37,685 nucleotides of DNA from Polyangiales bacterium (GTDB lineage Bacteria; Myxococcota_A; Polyangia; Polyangiales; Ga0077539), in NCBI GenBank assembly GCA_039809605.1, contig JBDHVF010000002.1, forward strand, positions 1 to 37,685. The letters run 5' to 3'. The position numbers and the translations under genes were made by a program. The notes under the pieces were generated by a model. It saw nothing but the letters and a program-made list of their open reading frames with translations. It was not told the origin of the DNA and made no database searches. Below are positions 16,872 to 27,417 of this stretch, piece by piece (positions within the stretch are counted from its first letter, which is position 1; each line of letters opens with the position of its first letter).

Positions 16872-17417
16872 TCACCCGCCGCGCAGTGGGTAGACAACCA
16901 TCTCGTGCACTGCGAGCGAGCACTCTCCGGGCGGGATCCTGTCGACGAATGCCTCGCCGTCCTCGTCCGTGGCCGCCGTGACGGTCGCGCCGTCAGGCGT
17001 GGTGAGCGAATACTTCACGCCGGGCATCGGGCGACCGTTCGGCAGCGTGACCACGTAGCAGACCCAGGTCACGTCCTTCGGCGCGCCGGGCTTCGCGTAG
17101 TCGCCGATCACCACGTTGCCGCTGCCTCCCACGACGACGCCCGAGCCGCCGCAGTGAGAGACGGGGTCACCGCTGCGCGCCGCCCGGCGGCCGTTGATCA
17201 CCACGCCGGGCGCTCCGCCGACGATCCTCCACACGCCGTCGCCACAACATCCCTCGTGGCTGCCCTTGTCTCCCACGCGGAGCGCGGGAGCGCCATTGAT
17301 GACGACGTTGGGCGAGCCCGCGCGCGCCTCCCCTTCGACCGCATGCGGGCACGCCGGACAGCCGTGCGCGTCCGCGTCGCAATGAGCTCTGTCCCCGGTT
17401 CGCGCGGCCTCCCCCAT
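16872..17417 (-). CDS. PAAR domain protein with a C-terminal beta-sandwich-like extension
   Basis: Three PAAR-type repeats: PNVVINGAPALRVGD, GAPGVVINGRRAARSGDPVSH and GSGNVVIG. The C-terminal 70 aa (VTWVCYVVTLPNGRPMPGVKYSLTTPDGATVTAATDEDGEAFV) resemble a carboxypeptidase-regulatory or transthyretin-like fold. A GGAGG RBS overlaps the vgrG stop. Confidence 0.85.
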   Translation of the reverse strand: MGEAARTGDRAHCDADAHGCPACPHAVEGEARAGSPNVVINGAPALRVGDKGSHEGCCGDGVWRIVGGAPGVVINGRRAARSGDPVSHCGGSGVVVGGSGNVVIGDYAKPGAPKDVTWVCYVVTLPNGRPMPGVKYSLTTPDGATVTAATDEDGEAFVDRIPPGECSLAVHEMVVYPLRGG

Positions 17418-17429
17418 CCTGGCACCTCC

Positions 17430-19514
17430 TCAGGTGTTGATCTTCACGAGGCCGCCCTTGATGTCCACCACGTCGTCGCCGTGGACCTTCACCTCGCGGT
17501 TGGCAGTGACAGCGATCGTGCCCTCCGCCGCGCGCATCTCGATCGACGCGCCCCCCGACGTGAGCGTGATGTTGTCGGGCCTCATGCGCAGCCGCGAGGC
17601 GCCGCAGATGAGGTCGATGCCTTCGCCGGCGGTGACCCGGACGTGGCGGTCGGCGAAGACGGTCAGGCCGGTGCTCCCGTGGACCTCGACGAGGTCGTCT
17701 CCGTCGACGACGACGGAGTCGTTCCCGCCGATCCGCGTCGCGCGGTCGCCTTCCGTCGTCACCCACTCGTCGTGGGCGACGAACTTCGTCCGGTCGTGCT
17801 GCACCTCCAGCGAGTCGTCGTGGTTGACCACCCGCTTCATGTCGCGCTGGGCGTGGATGTAGACCTCCTCGGCGCCCTTGAGGTCTTCGAACCGCAGCTC
17901 GTTGAACCCCCCGTCACGGGGGCTGGAGCTCGTGCGGATGGTGCTCCTGGTCCGCTCGGCCGGGAGCGCGTACGACGCGTGATTCTCGCCGTTGTAGACG
18001 CAGCCCGTGACGAGCGGCCGGTCGGGGTCGCCTTCGAGGAAGTGCACGACGACCTCCATCCCCACGCGCGGGATGAACATGAAGCCCCAGCCGCTACCCG
18101 CCCAGTTCTGCGCCACGCGCATCCGGCACGACAGCCTCTTCTCGCGCTGCGACGGGACGCGGCGGCCCTCGCGCACCCAGTGGAACCTCACCAGGATGCG
18201 CCCGTGGAAATCGACGCAGATCTCCTCGTCGCTCCCCGGCTCGGCCACCACCCTCGCCGTCTGTGGGCCGTAGATCCTCGGCCGGGACGTCGTCCGCGCG
18301 GGCCGATAGGGCGTGGCCGCCGGGATGCACGTGAAGCGGTTCCAGTAGCGGGCCTGCGCCTCGGGGCGCGCGAGCTCGCCCGGGAACTCCGCGCCCACGG
18401 AGCGCAGGATGGCCTTCACGTGCTCGCTCGTGCGCACGTCGTCGGGGATGTCGCTCCACGCGACGCCCTGTTGCTCGACCTCGGTCACGAGCCACGAGCG
18501 CGGGAGATCGGTGCTCTCGTGGTCCGTCACTTCGAAGCGAAGCCCAGGCGCCACCCCCGTGACCACCGAGCGCCCGCATCCGATGACCGCTTCGCGCGCG
18601 AGCTCCTCGTACCGCGCCCGCGCGAAGCGTCCACCCTCGTGGGGACCGTACGTCTGCCCGACGTCATCGTACTCGCCGAGCGTGTACGTGCCGCGGAACT
18701 CGTAGACGTCGCGCGGCCCCGGTGCGCCCGTCGGCGCGCGCATGGTCATGCCCGCCTCGGCCGATGGGTGCGTGAAGTCGTAGTCGCGGAGCGTCGCCCC
18801 CGTGGCGTGATCTCGGACCCGCACGTCGAACCACTGGATGCTCTCGACCGCCGCGGTCCCGACGCCCGCGTCGCGGATCGGGATCGCGGCCACGCCGTCC
18901 ATCGTCGGCACGGGTGTCCACGCGTGACCGTCCTCGGCGAGGACGAGCGTCTCGACCTCGCCCGCGTGCCGGAAGTAGAACGGGACGCCCTCGTCCTCCA
19001 GCAGGCGCCGGACGAAGTCGAGGTCGCTCTCGTTGTACTGCACGCAATACTCGCGCGGCGCGAGCGCCTCGAGCGCGGTGCCCACCCATAGCCCTCCGTC
19101 GCCCTGGTACGCCCCCGCATCGCGCAAGACCTCGCGCACGATTTCGACGACGTTGAGGTCTTGAAAGATCCTGCAGTCGGTTCGCTGCGAGAGGCGCCAG
19201 AGCGCGGGCACGAGGGTGGCGCACGCGAAGTGGTAGCCGCCGGTGCTCCCCAGATCCTCGACACGCCGTGCGAACCCGCAGAGGCGGCGCGTGACGGAGC
19301 CGCGGTGAACCTCGAGCACCAGCGATTGCGCCAGCATCGCGCGCGCACCGGACGCGCCCGTGGAGACCGGGTGCGCGAGCACCACCGTGACTTCGTAGAG
19401 CGTCGAGAGGCCCTCGCGGGCGTGCACGTGAACCGGACGCCACCCCTCGGTTCCGCTCCCAGTCAGCGAGAACTCCACCTCGGGGAGGGTCGTGCCATCG
19501 AAGATCCCATCCAT
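17430..19514 (-). CDS. vgrG: Type VI secretion system spike protein VgrG
   Basis: RVAQNWAGSGWGFMFIPRVGMEVVVHFLEGDPDRPLVTGCVYNGEN, FNELRFEDLKGAEEVYIHAQRDM and a beta-helical C-terminus ending VKINT are classic gp27/gp5-like VgrG signatures. ATG at 19514 (MDGIFDG) is preferred over the track start at 19574. Confidence 0.92.
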   Translation of the reverse strand: MDGIFDGTTLPEVEFSLTGSGTEGWRPVHVHAREGLSTLYEVTVVLAHPVSTGASGARAMLAQSLVLEVHRGSVTRRLCGFARRVEDLGSTGGYHFACATLVPALWRLSQRTDCRIFQDLNVVEIVREVLRDAGAYQGDGGLWVGTALEALAPREYCVQYNESDLDFVRRLLEDEGVPFYFRHAGEVETLVLAEDGHAWTPVPTMDGVAAIPIRDAGVGTAAVESIQWFDVRVRDHATGATLRDYDFTHPSAEAGMTMRAPTGAPGPRDVYEFRGTYTLGEYDDVGQTYGPHEGGRFARARYEELAREAVIGCGRSVVTGVAPGLRFEVTDHESTDLPRSWLVTEVEQQGVAWSDIPDDVRTSEHVKAILRSVGAEFPGELARPEAQARYWNRFTCIPAATPYRPARTTSRPRIYGPQTARVVAEPGSDEEICVDFHGRILVRFHWVREGRRVPSQREKRLSCRMRVAQNWAGSGWGFMFIPRVGMEVVVHFLEGDPDRPLVTGCVYNGENHASYALPAERTRSTIRTSSSPRDGGFNELRFEDLKGAEEVYIHAQRDMKRVVNHDDSLEVQHDRTKFVAHDEWVTTEGDRATRIGGNDSVVVDGDDLVEVHGSTGLTVFADRHVRVTAGEGIDLICGASRLRMRPDNITLTSGGASIEMRAAEGTIAVTANREVKVHGDDVVDIKGGLVKINT

Positions 19515-19570
19515 CGTTGCCCCGCGAGGAGGGAAGCTACCCGCGTTACAGGGCGCGCCGCAAGGGCCCC

Positions 19571-21286
19571 TCACCGTGAGAGGAGCGCGATCGTCAGCGA
19601 CACGAGGAGCACGCCAACCGCCACGACGATCCAGGTCGGGGGCAGCCGACGCTCGCCGGGCGACGTGTCCTCCAGGCGCCCCGTGCGCCCGGCATCGGTG
19701 GACGGATCCGCTCGGTCACCGCGGCGCATCGGGACCATGGTCCCCTGCGAAGCTGCGGTCCCCATCGGGACCGTGCGCTCGTCGTTCACGGGCGGCACCA
19801 CGGGCGGAGCCTTGAAGCCCGGGCGGAGCGTCATAGGAAAGAGCTTCCCGTCGTCGGGAACGTGAGGCAGGTCGTCGTGGCTCAGGGTGAACTGGTCGGC
19901 ATGTGCCCTCAACGGTCGTGACGAAGAGGCGGGCGACGACTCGGCCCCATGTCCCGCGCTCTCCCTCGCCACGTCGAAGTGCTTCGACGACGGCTCGGCG
20001 CGGTCGACGATCAGCTCACGGACCGTCGCCTCCCCCTCCTCCTCGGAGCGTCGCGCGTCGAGCAACGTGGCCTCGCCCTCGTCGGCAGAAGCGGGCACGA
20101 TCTCGTCTGGATCAACCAACGCGACGACGCGCGCAGCGTCCAACGGCCGCGGTGTAGGAGCAGACGGCGTCGTCCACTCCGCCGCGCGCGCGGGCGCGCC
20201 CTCGGCGAAGTCCGCGGGGAGGCGTGCCTCGGGTGGCGCGCGCTCGGCGTCGATCCAGCCGACCGGCGGGGGCGTGGACTCACGCCGTGGCGCTGGAGAG
20301 ACCGAAGCGGAGGCGCGCTTGAGGCTCGGCGTCGGCGGCTCTCGTTCTACCGCAGGGAGCCGCTTCCACGCCGACGGAATGTTCTGGCGGAGCACCCGCG
20401 CGAAGGTCTGCGCGTCGCCGAAGCGGCGGCCCGGATCAGGGTGCATCGCGCGCGCGATGACCTGCCAGAGGGCGAGGGGTACATCCTGTCGGACGTCCTG
20501 CAATCTGCGCGCGATCTGCTCCGGCTCTCGCTGCGCGAGCGCCCACCAGACGTCACCCGGCGTGGCCCGCGGCGTGGCGCGCATCGAGATCAACTGCGCG
20601 AAGAGCACCGCGAGCGAGAAGACGTCCGTCGCGGGCGTCTCCCGCCCGGGCGCGTCGTGCTGCTCCGGCGCCATGTGCTCCCTCGACGCGACCACGCCCA
20701 GGAACGGGACGACTTCGTGATCGAGCACGCGCACACGATGTCCACCGGAGTGCGCCTGGAGGATCACGCTCGCTGGCGAGAGCCCGCGGTGAAGCACCGC
20801 TTCGCGCCCCGATGCGGCGTGGCCGAGTTGAACGGCCCGACAGATCGCGTCGAACAGACGCAGCGCAACGCCGAGCCCCGGCGAGGTTCCCGCGTTCGCG
20901 TGGCCTTCGAGCCAGTCCGCGAGCGAACGTCCCTCGACTGCCTCGAAGGCGAGCCAGCGCGGTCCACCCGCCACCTCGCCGAGGTCTACGAGACGTGGCA
21001 GGTGCGGGCTGCCCAGTCGCCCGACGCGCTCCATCACCTGGCCCCACGGCTCCGGTGCCGCGACCTCGGAGGACAGCAACTTGATCATCAACGGGTGCTC
21101 GGGACGGTCCTTCTCGACGGCGCTCCACGCGTCACCAAGGCCGCGGTCGAAGGCAGGCGCGCGGAGCACGAAGCGATCAGCAATCAACGCCCCCTCACCC
21201 GCCAAGCCTCGCCGTCCCACGGCGCGGGAGTATCGCACGGTCGGCCTGGGCTTCACACCTTGCCCGGCGGACGCCCCACTGGTCAC
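19571..21286 (-). CDS. Kinase-like protein, predicted pseudokinase, with a C-terminal tail anchor
   Basis: A kinase-fold outline is retained (LMIKLL, MAPEQ, DVFSLAVLF, HPDPGRRF). HRD is replaced by HRGLSPASV, DFG by LDHEV, and the Gly-rich loop is degenerate (FDRGLGDAW). A long low-complexity linker ends in the TM segment WIVVAVGVLLVSLTIALLSR. GTG start at 21286. Confidence 0.7.
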   Translation of the reverse strand: MTSGASAGQGVKPRPTVRYSRAVGRRGLAGEGALIADRFVLRAPAFDRGLGDAWSAVEKDRPEHPLMIKLLSSEVAAPEPWGQVMERVGRLGSPHLPRLVDLGEVAGGPRWLAFEAVEGRSLADWLEGHANAGTSPGLGVALRLFDAICRAVQLGHAASGREAVLHRGLSPASVILQAHSGGHRVRVLDHEVVPFLGVVASREHMAPEQHDAPGRETPATDVFSLAVLFAQLISMRATPRATPGDVWWALAQREPEQIARRLQDVRQDVPLALWQVIARAMHPDPGRRFGDAQTFARVLRQNIPSAWKRLPAVEREPPTPSLKRASASVSPAPRRESTPPPVGWIDAERAPPEARLPADFAEGAPARAAEWTTPSAPTPRPLDAARVVALVDPDEIVPASADEGEATLLDARRSEEEGEATVRELIVDRAEPSSKHFDVARESAGHGAESSPASSSRPLRAHADQFTLSHDDLPHVPDDGKLFPMTLRPGFKAPPVVPPVNDERTVPMGTAASQGTMVPMRRGDRADPSTDAGRTGRLEDTSPGERRLPPTWIVVAVGVLLVSLTIALLSR

Positions 21287-21498
21287 GCGTTCATCGAGAG
21301 ATTCGCCCCCAACGGAACCTCCGATTCAAGGGCGCGTCCACACGCTCCGAAAGAGTCATTGGCACGTGCCGCCGCACCGCTCGCTACGGACGGGCACGTC
21401 ACCGAGAAGCGCACGATCTGCAAGGAAGCGAACCAGATGAAGGAATCGAACGATGTGCCGCACATTCATGCACTGCCAGCGAGAAGCGAGGGCGCGGC

Positions 21499-22947
<1,449 letters not shown>

Positions 22948-23260
22948 CTCGCGCGGCCACCCGCTCACGTGCCCGACATGATACGGCGCGCGTTCTGTTG
23001 GCCAGCCGAAACGACGTCCGCGCCGCGTCGCGGGCGGCAAGGGTGATGGCCCCACAGCGTGCGATGCTAGCTGCGACGGCACGGGAGCGCCGCCACGATC
23101 ACGCCCCGCGAAGACCCGCGTCGGCTGCTGCGCTCCGACCGCGACGAGTTCGGACACCACCTGCGCGAGCACGACCTACGCCCGGGGCGGACGCACCGAC
23201 TCCTGCGCACAGCTCGCTGGCCCTGACGGTTCGGTCGCGTCCGGTCCCGCTGCCGACCGC

Positions 23261-23638
23261 TCAGGCCGCCGTGACTGCGCGGATGGTATCGACGAGCTCG
23301 TCGATGTGGAACGGCTTCGCGAGGAACATGCTGGCCGCGGCCAGGTCGCAGCTCGCCCGTGCTTCGGTCGCGCCCGTCGTGACCACCACGGGCAGCTTCG
23401 GCCATCCCCCGTGCGCGTACGCCAGCACGATCTCGCCGGGCACGCAGGGGAGCTTGAGGTCGAGGAGCACGGCCGAGAGCGAGTCGCCGAACGCCTCGAG
23501 TGCGTCGAGCGCCTCCGCTCCATCGGCCGCGACCAACACGTCGTAGCCGCAGTGCATGAGGATGCGCTCCATCATCCGCTGCACCCCAAGGTCATCCTCG
23601 ATGATGAGCACGAATCGCCGCTCTGACCCATTGTCCAT
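23261..23638 (-). CDS. Single-domain response regulator (REC only)
   Basis: FVLIIEDDLGV, phospho-acceptor context AVLLDLKLP, VVVTTG and LAKPF. At 125 aa it has no output domain. Confidence 0.85.
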   Translation of the reverse strand: MDNGSERRFVLIIEDDLGVQRMMERILMHCGYDVLVAADGAEALDALEAFGDSLSAVLLDLKLPCVPGEIVLAYAHGGWPKLPVVVTTGATEARASCDLAAASMFLAKPFHIDELVDTIRAVTAA

Positions 23639-23755
23639 GTACCGTCTCTCCTGCGCGGGCCGAGTGCAAGCGGGGCGCCACTACGCACATACGGGCGACG
23701 ATGCGGTGCGCGGCGAGATACCGTCCATTCGGTGCATCGCACGTGAGTCGCCGGT

Positions 23756-23784
23756 GATTCGTGCGCGGCACAGGCGCACGAATC
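23756..23784. promoter_or_regulatory. Perfect 11-bp-arm palindrome upstream of the response-regulator gene
   Basis: GATTCGTGCGC (23756-23766), loop GGCACAG, GCGCACGAATC (23774-23784). It lies about 120 nt upstream of the start at 23638. It could be an operator or a hairpin, and its function is unknown. Confidence 0.3.
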
Positions 23785-24287
23785 GACCACGAACGATGAG
23801 ACGCGAGCGTCGTGCGCGCGCCTTCGGTCGGTCGAGGGAAAAATCCGTCACAGGAACACGAGGTGGCGACGGCGCGGAACCTACACACGCTGGCGGCCAT
23901 TGACGGAGAGAGCGCGCGGAGGGACAACGCTCGGATGGGCGGGGACACAACCATCTCGGGCCTTGGTGTTCGTGCGTTCGAGGCGCGCCTCGAGAGTGAG
24001 CGGCTCATGCGAGCAGGACGCGGCCTCCGGGCCGAGTGTGCCTGCCTGCGCCTCGAATGCAGATGCCTGCGGGATGAGTGCGGGCGGCTGCGCGCGCAGC
24101 TCGGTGGCGTGCGCGAAGCGACCATGGTCCTGCGCGTCGTGAGCGCGAGCTTGCGCGCGCTGAACGTGAGCCTGCGCGTGGTAGGCCCGGGACGACGGGT
24201 GTGCATGTTGGCGACAGTCGAAGAGCGCGTGAATTGGGAGGCCCCCGACGAGGGGTAGGGTGGCGGCGGCGGGCGCAGCGGAGAGGC

Positions 24288-25055
24288 TCAGCTCTCGGCG
24301 GGCTTCTTCTTGCGCGACGCCTTGCGGACCTCGGCCTCGCGGCGTCGATAGCTGTCGCCCTCGATCGCGACGATGTCGGCGTGGTGCACGACACGGTCGA
24401 TCAGCGCGACGGTGCACGAGGCGTTGGGGAAGATCGTGGGCCACTGCGCGAAGGGCAGGTTTGTCGTCAGCACGAGGGGACGCTTCTCGTGCCGCTCGGA
24501 GACCACCTGGAAGAGCAGGTCCGCCGCCCGCGTGTCGTACGAGAGGTAGCCCACCTCGTCGCAGATCAGCAGCTCCACCCGCGTGTACTTCCGCAGCCGC
24601 TGCTGAAACAGGTGCGGCGTCCCGTGCACCGCGCCCAGCTCGCTCAGCATCCGCGCCGCCGTCGTGAAGAGCACCGAGCGGCCCGCGAGCACCGCCTGAT
24701 GCGCGATGTTCTGCGCGATCATCGTCTTGCCCAGCCCCTGCGCCGCCAGCAGCACGACGTTGCGCGGCTCGGCGAGAAACTCCAGCCGCAGGATCGACTC
24801 CACGAGTTCGCGGTCGATCGATCGCGGCCAGTTCCAGTCGTAGTCGCTCATGGGCTTGAAGCGCCCGAGCTGCGCCCGCTGCGTGCGGCGCTCGAGGCTT
24901 CGGCGCGAGCGGTCCTTGAGCTCCTCGCTCACCACCAGCTCCAGCACCTGCCGGGGCGACAGGCGGGCGCGCGTGGCGCGGTCGATCAGGTCGCTCAGGT
25001 GCGCGGCGCAGTGGGGCAGCCGCAGCGTCGTCAGGTCGTCGGCCAGGTCACTCAT
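24288..25055 (-). CDS. istB: IS21-family helper ATPase IstB
   Basis: Walker A LLAAQGLGKTMIA, Walker B LLICDEVGY, and TTNLPFAQW...ALIDRVVHHA, which are typical of IstB. It overlaps the istA stop by 8 nt, as in IS21 elements. Confidence 0.9.
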   Translation of the reverse strand: MSDLADDLTTLRLPHCAAHLSDLIDRATRARLSPRQVLELVVSEELKDRSRRSLERRTQRAQLGRFKPMSDYDWNWPRSIDRELVESILRLEFLAEPRNVVLLAAQGLGKTMIAQNIAHQAVLAGRSVLFTTAARMLSELGAVHGTPHLFQQRLRKYTRVELLICDEVGYLSYDTRAADLLFQVVSERHEKRPLVLTTNLPFAQWPTIFPNASCTVALIDRVVHHADIVAIEGDSYRRREAEVRKASRKKKPAES

Positions 25056-25860
25056 CGTTCGGCTCCGGGTCGTGGGGGCGCGTCAGTCGGTCGTAGGCGT
25101 CGAGCGCGTGCGGGCGCACGTGGACGCGCACGCGCGGGTCGTCGGGCAGCGGCACCTCGACGGGCGGCGCGGCCTTCGCGGCACGCGAGCCCTCGCCCAG
25201 CAGGTACGCCACCGACTCGGCCGAGACCGAGCCGCGCTCGAGCGCCGTACGCAGCGCGCGCTCGAGCGCGGTGGCCCCGTACTGATCGAGCAGCTGGCCC
25301 AGGCGCACCGCGGGGCGCGTGAGGTGGTCGCCGCGCTCGGCCAGGGTCTTGAAGAAGTCCTCGGCGGCGGGGCACTCGGCGCGCAGCCGGTCGCGACCGC
25401 GCAGCGCGTGGGCGTGACGCTTCTGCGCGGTGAGGTCGTCCAGGTGGGCGGCGAGCTCGAGGCGCCGGCCGGCGTCGAAGCTGCGCGCGTGACGTGCGAC
25501 CTCCACGGAGCCGTCGAGCACGCGCACGGTCGTGAGCGAGGCCGCGAGCGTCAGCGGCTTTCGCACGAGCGTGTGAGGGATCGAGTAGTCGTTGCGGTCG
25601 AAGCGCACGTAGGGCGTCTTGCCCGACGCGATGGGGGCCACGTGCTCGCTGGCGAAGCGGTGCTCGGGCAGCGGCACCAGCAGGGCGCGCTCGCGCTCGC
25701 GGGCGTCGCGCACGAGCTCCCGCGAGGCGCTGCCGGGCACGACGCGCGCGTCGGCGATGCGCCCGATCCAGTCGCCGAGCTGCGCGTTGAGGTCGTCCAG
25801 GTCGCGGTAGCGGCGGGCGGCGAAGAAGCTGTCGCGCAGGTAGCGGATGGTGGCCAACCT
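25048..25860 (-). pseudogene. istA: IS21-family transposase IstA, 5'-truncated (C-terminal roughly 270 aa only)
   Basis: The sequence IRYLRDSFFAARRYRDLDDLNAQLGDW...GKTPYVRFDRNDYSIP matches the post-DDE C-terminal part of IstA. The HTH and DDE catalytic region is absent. The first roughly 10 codons of track ORF 25048..25887 are the reverse complement of the neighbouring transposase gene. Confidence 0.8.
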
Positions 25861-27349
25861 GTCCAAGCTCCCCAAGGAGCTGGTCACCCTGATCGAGCGC
25901 TTCTGTCAGGCGGAGCGGGAGGGCAACAGCTTCGACCCAGCCGAGGCGCCCGAGCCCGTGATCGGCCCGGCCTACGGCCCTCTGGCAGCGATGCTTGCCT
26001 TGGCGCGCGAGTGCGGGATCGAGCGCGCTTTGGGCACCTCGCGCCGGGGGCGTCTGGCGCTCTTCCTCGTGCTCGCGCGCGTGCTTCACCGCGGGTCACG
26101 ACGGTCGGCCGCACGGTGGGCCGGCACCCAGGCGACCGCGCCGGCCCTGGGGCTGGAGCGACTGGACGAAGACGACCTGTACGCCGCTCTGGACTGGCTG
26201 GCCGCCGAGCAGCCGCGCATCGAGCGAGCCCTGGGCCCGAAGAAGCCCAAGGGGCTGGTGTTCCTGTATGACGTGACCTCGTCGTACCTGGAGGGGCAGC
26301 ATAACGAGCTGGCGGCGCCGGGCTACAACCGCGACGGCAAACGCTTCAAGAAGCAGGTGGTGGTGGGCCTGCTGACGGACGCGCAGGGCGAGCCGGTGAG
26401 CGTGCACGTGTACGAGGGCAACCGCGCGGACCCGACCACCGTGGCCGACGCGGTGCACACGCTCGCCCAGGAGTTCGGGGGCGCGGAGGTCGTGCTGGTG
26501 GGCGACCGCGGGATGCTCAAAGGCCCCGAGCGTGAGTTGCTCGGGGCGAAGGGCTTCCGCTACGTTACGGCGTTGACGGACCCGGAGCTGCGGCGCCACC
26601 TGCGCGAGGGGACGCTGCGCCTGGAGGACTTCACCGAGCAGGTGGGCGAGGTCGCCGGGGACGGCGTCCGCTACGTGTTCAAGCGCACCGCGGCCACGAT
26701 GGAGCGCCACCGCGCGCGCCGCGCGGATCAGCTCGCGCGCGTGCAGGCGAAGGTCGACCTGCGCAACGCGTACGTCGACGCGCGACCGCGGGCCGACCCG
26801 GCCGTGTCCGAGCGGCAGGCCACGCGCTGGTTGAACGCGTACAAGCTCGGGAGCTTCGTGAGCGCCAGGCGCGAGGGGCGCCGTGTCGTGCTAGCCGTCG
26901 ACTCCGCGAAGCAGGCGCAGGTGCAGGCGCTGGACGGGTGCTACGTGGTCCTGAGCGACGTGCCGGCGTCCAAGGCGTCGGCCCAGACGCTGTGGGACCG
27001 GTACGGCGACCTCCAGCGGGTCGAGCGCGACTTCCGCACGTTGAAGACGGGGCTGCTGGAGCTGCGACCGATCTTCCTGCGCAAGGCGGGCCGGACGCGG
27101 GGGCACGCGCTGGTGGCGATGCTCGCCCTGAAGCTCACACGCGCGTTGGAACGACGGGTGAAGCCGCTGGGAATCACCGTGGCCGAGGCCCTCGATCGTC
27201 TGGACGGGGTGCGGCTGGTGTCCCTGGGTGCGCCCGAGCATGGGCTGTGGCGGCTGCCGACCCGGTGGGATGCGCCCCAGCGGGAGCTGCTGGCCGCGCT
27301 GCCGACCCTGCCGGCGCCGATGTTGTCTCTAGGAGGACTCTCGACGTAG
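25847..27349 (+). CDS. IS1634 / IS4-superfamily DDE transposase, apparently lacking its native N-terminus
   Basis: FLYDVTSSYLEG (D), VVLVGDRGM (D), YGDLQRVERDFRTLKT (E/K of the YREK motif), and LYAALDWLAAEQPRIERAL. The ORF begins at ANLSKLPKELV, which in my recollection of full-length family members sits several tens of residues from the N-terminus. The ATG is supplied by istA-derived sequence. Confidence 0.8.
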   Translation: MVANLSKLPKELVTLIERFCQAEREGNSFDPAEAPEPVIGPAYGPLAAMLALARECGIERALGTSRRGRLALFLVLARVLHRGSRRSAARWAGTQATAPALGLERLDEDDLYAALDWLAAEQPRIERALGPKKPKGLVFLYDVTSSYLEGQHNELAAPGYNRDGKRFKKQVVVGLLTDAQGEPVSVHVYEGNRADPTTVADAVHTLAQEFGGAEVVLVGDRGMLKGPERELLGAKGFRYVTALTDPELRRHLREGTLRLEDFTEQVGEVAGDGVRYVFKRTAATMERHRARRADQLARVQAKVDLRNAYVDARPRADPAVSERQATRWLNAYKLGSFVSARREGRRVVLAVDSAKQAQVQALDGCYVVLSDVPASKASAQTLWDRYGDLQRVERDFRTLKTGLLELRPIFLRKAGRTRGHALVAMLALKLTRALERRVKPLGITVAEALDRLDGVRLVSLGAPEHGLWRLPTRWDAPQRELLAALPTLPAPMLSLGGLST

Positions 27350-27417
27350 CTCACAACTCCCCATGAACTCATGCGCGATTCGTGGGGACGTCTGCGCGCT
27401 CGAGGGGGGAAGATCCG

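Larger units (their letters stand above)
24288..27349. mobile_element. Composite IS scar: IS21 remnant abutting an IS1634-family remnant
   Basis: The two transposase systems are head-to-head, with the junction at about 25850-25860. Both are truncated there, and I could identify no terminal inverted repeats. The outer boundaries are undetermined, so the coordinates cover the coding parts only. Confidence 0.6.

Noticed and set aside
16722-19091. A 789-aa plus-strand ORF opposite PAAR and VgrG
   Set aside because: It is antisense to unmistakable VgrG/PAAR coding sequence, with no motifs of its own.
23832-23850. TCGAGGGAAAAATCCGTCA resembles TCGAGGGGGGAAGATCCGTCA at 27400-27420, bracketing the whole IS region as possible direct repeats
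   Set aside because: Only 7-nt and 8-nt identical blocks are present, separated by a variable spacer. The right copy overlaps the stop of the 99-aa ORF. This is too short and imperfect to distinguish from chance without genome-wide statistics.
23935-24258. A possible 107-aa Leu/Arg/Cys-rich coiled-coil ORF (part of track ORF 23812..24258) between the response regulator and istB
   Set aside because: Third-position GC is high in this frame. However, the exact antisense frame is equally open, the sequence is low-complexity (LRAECACLRLECRCLRDECGRLRAQL), there is no RBS or family match, and it may lie within the undetermined end of the IS21 remnant. It is left uncalled.
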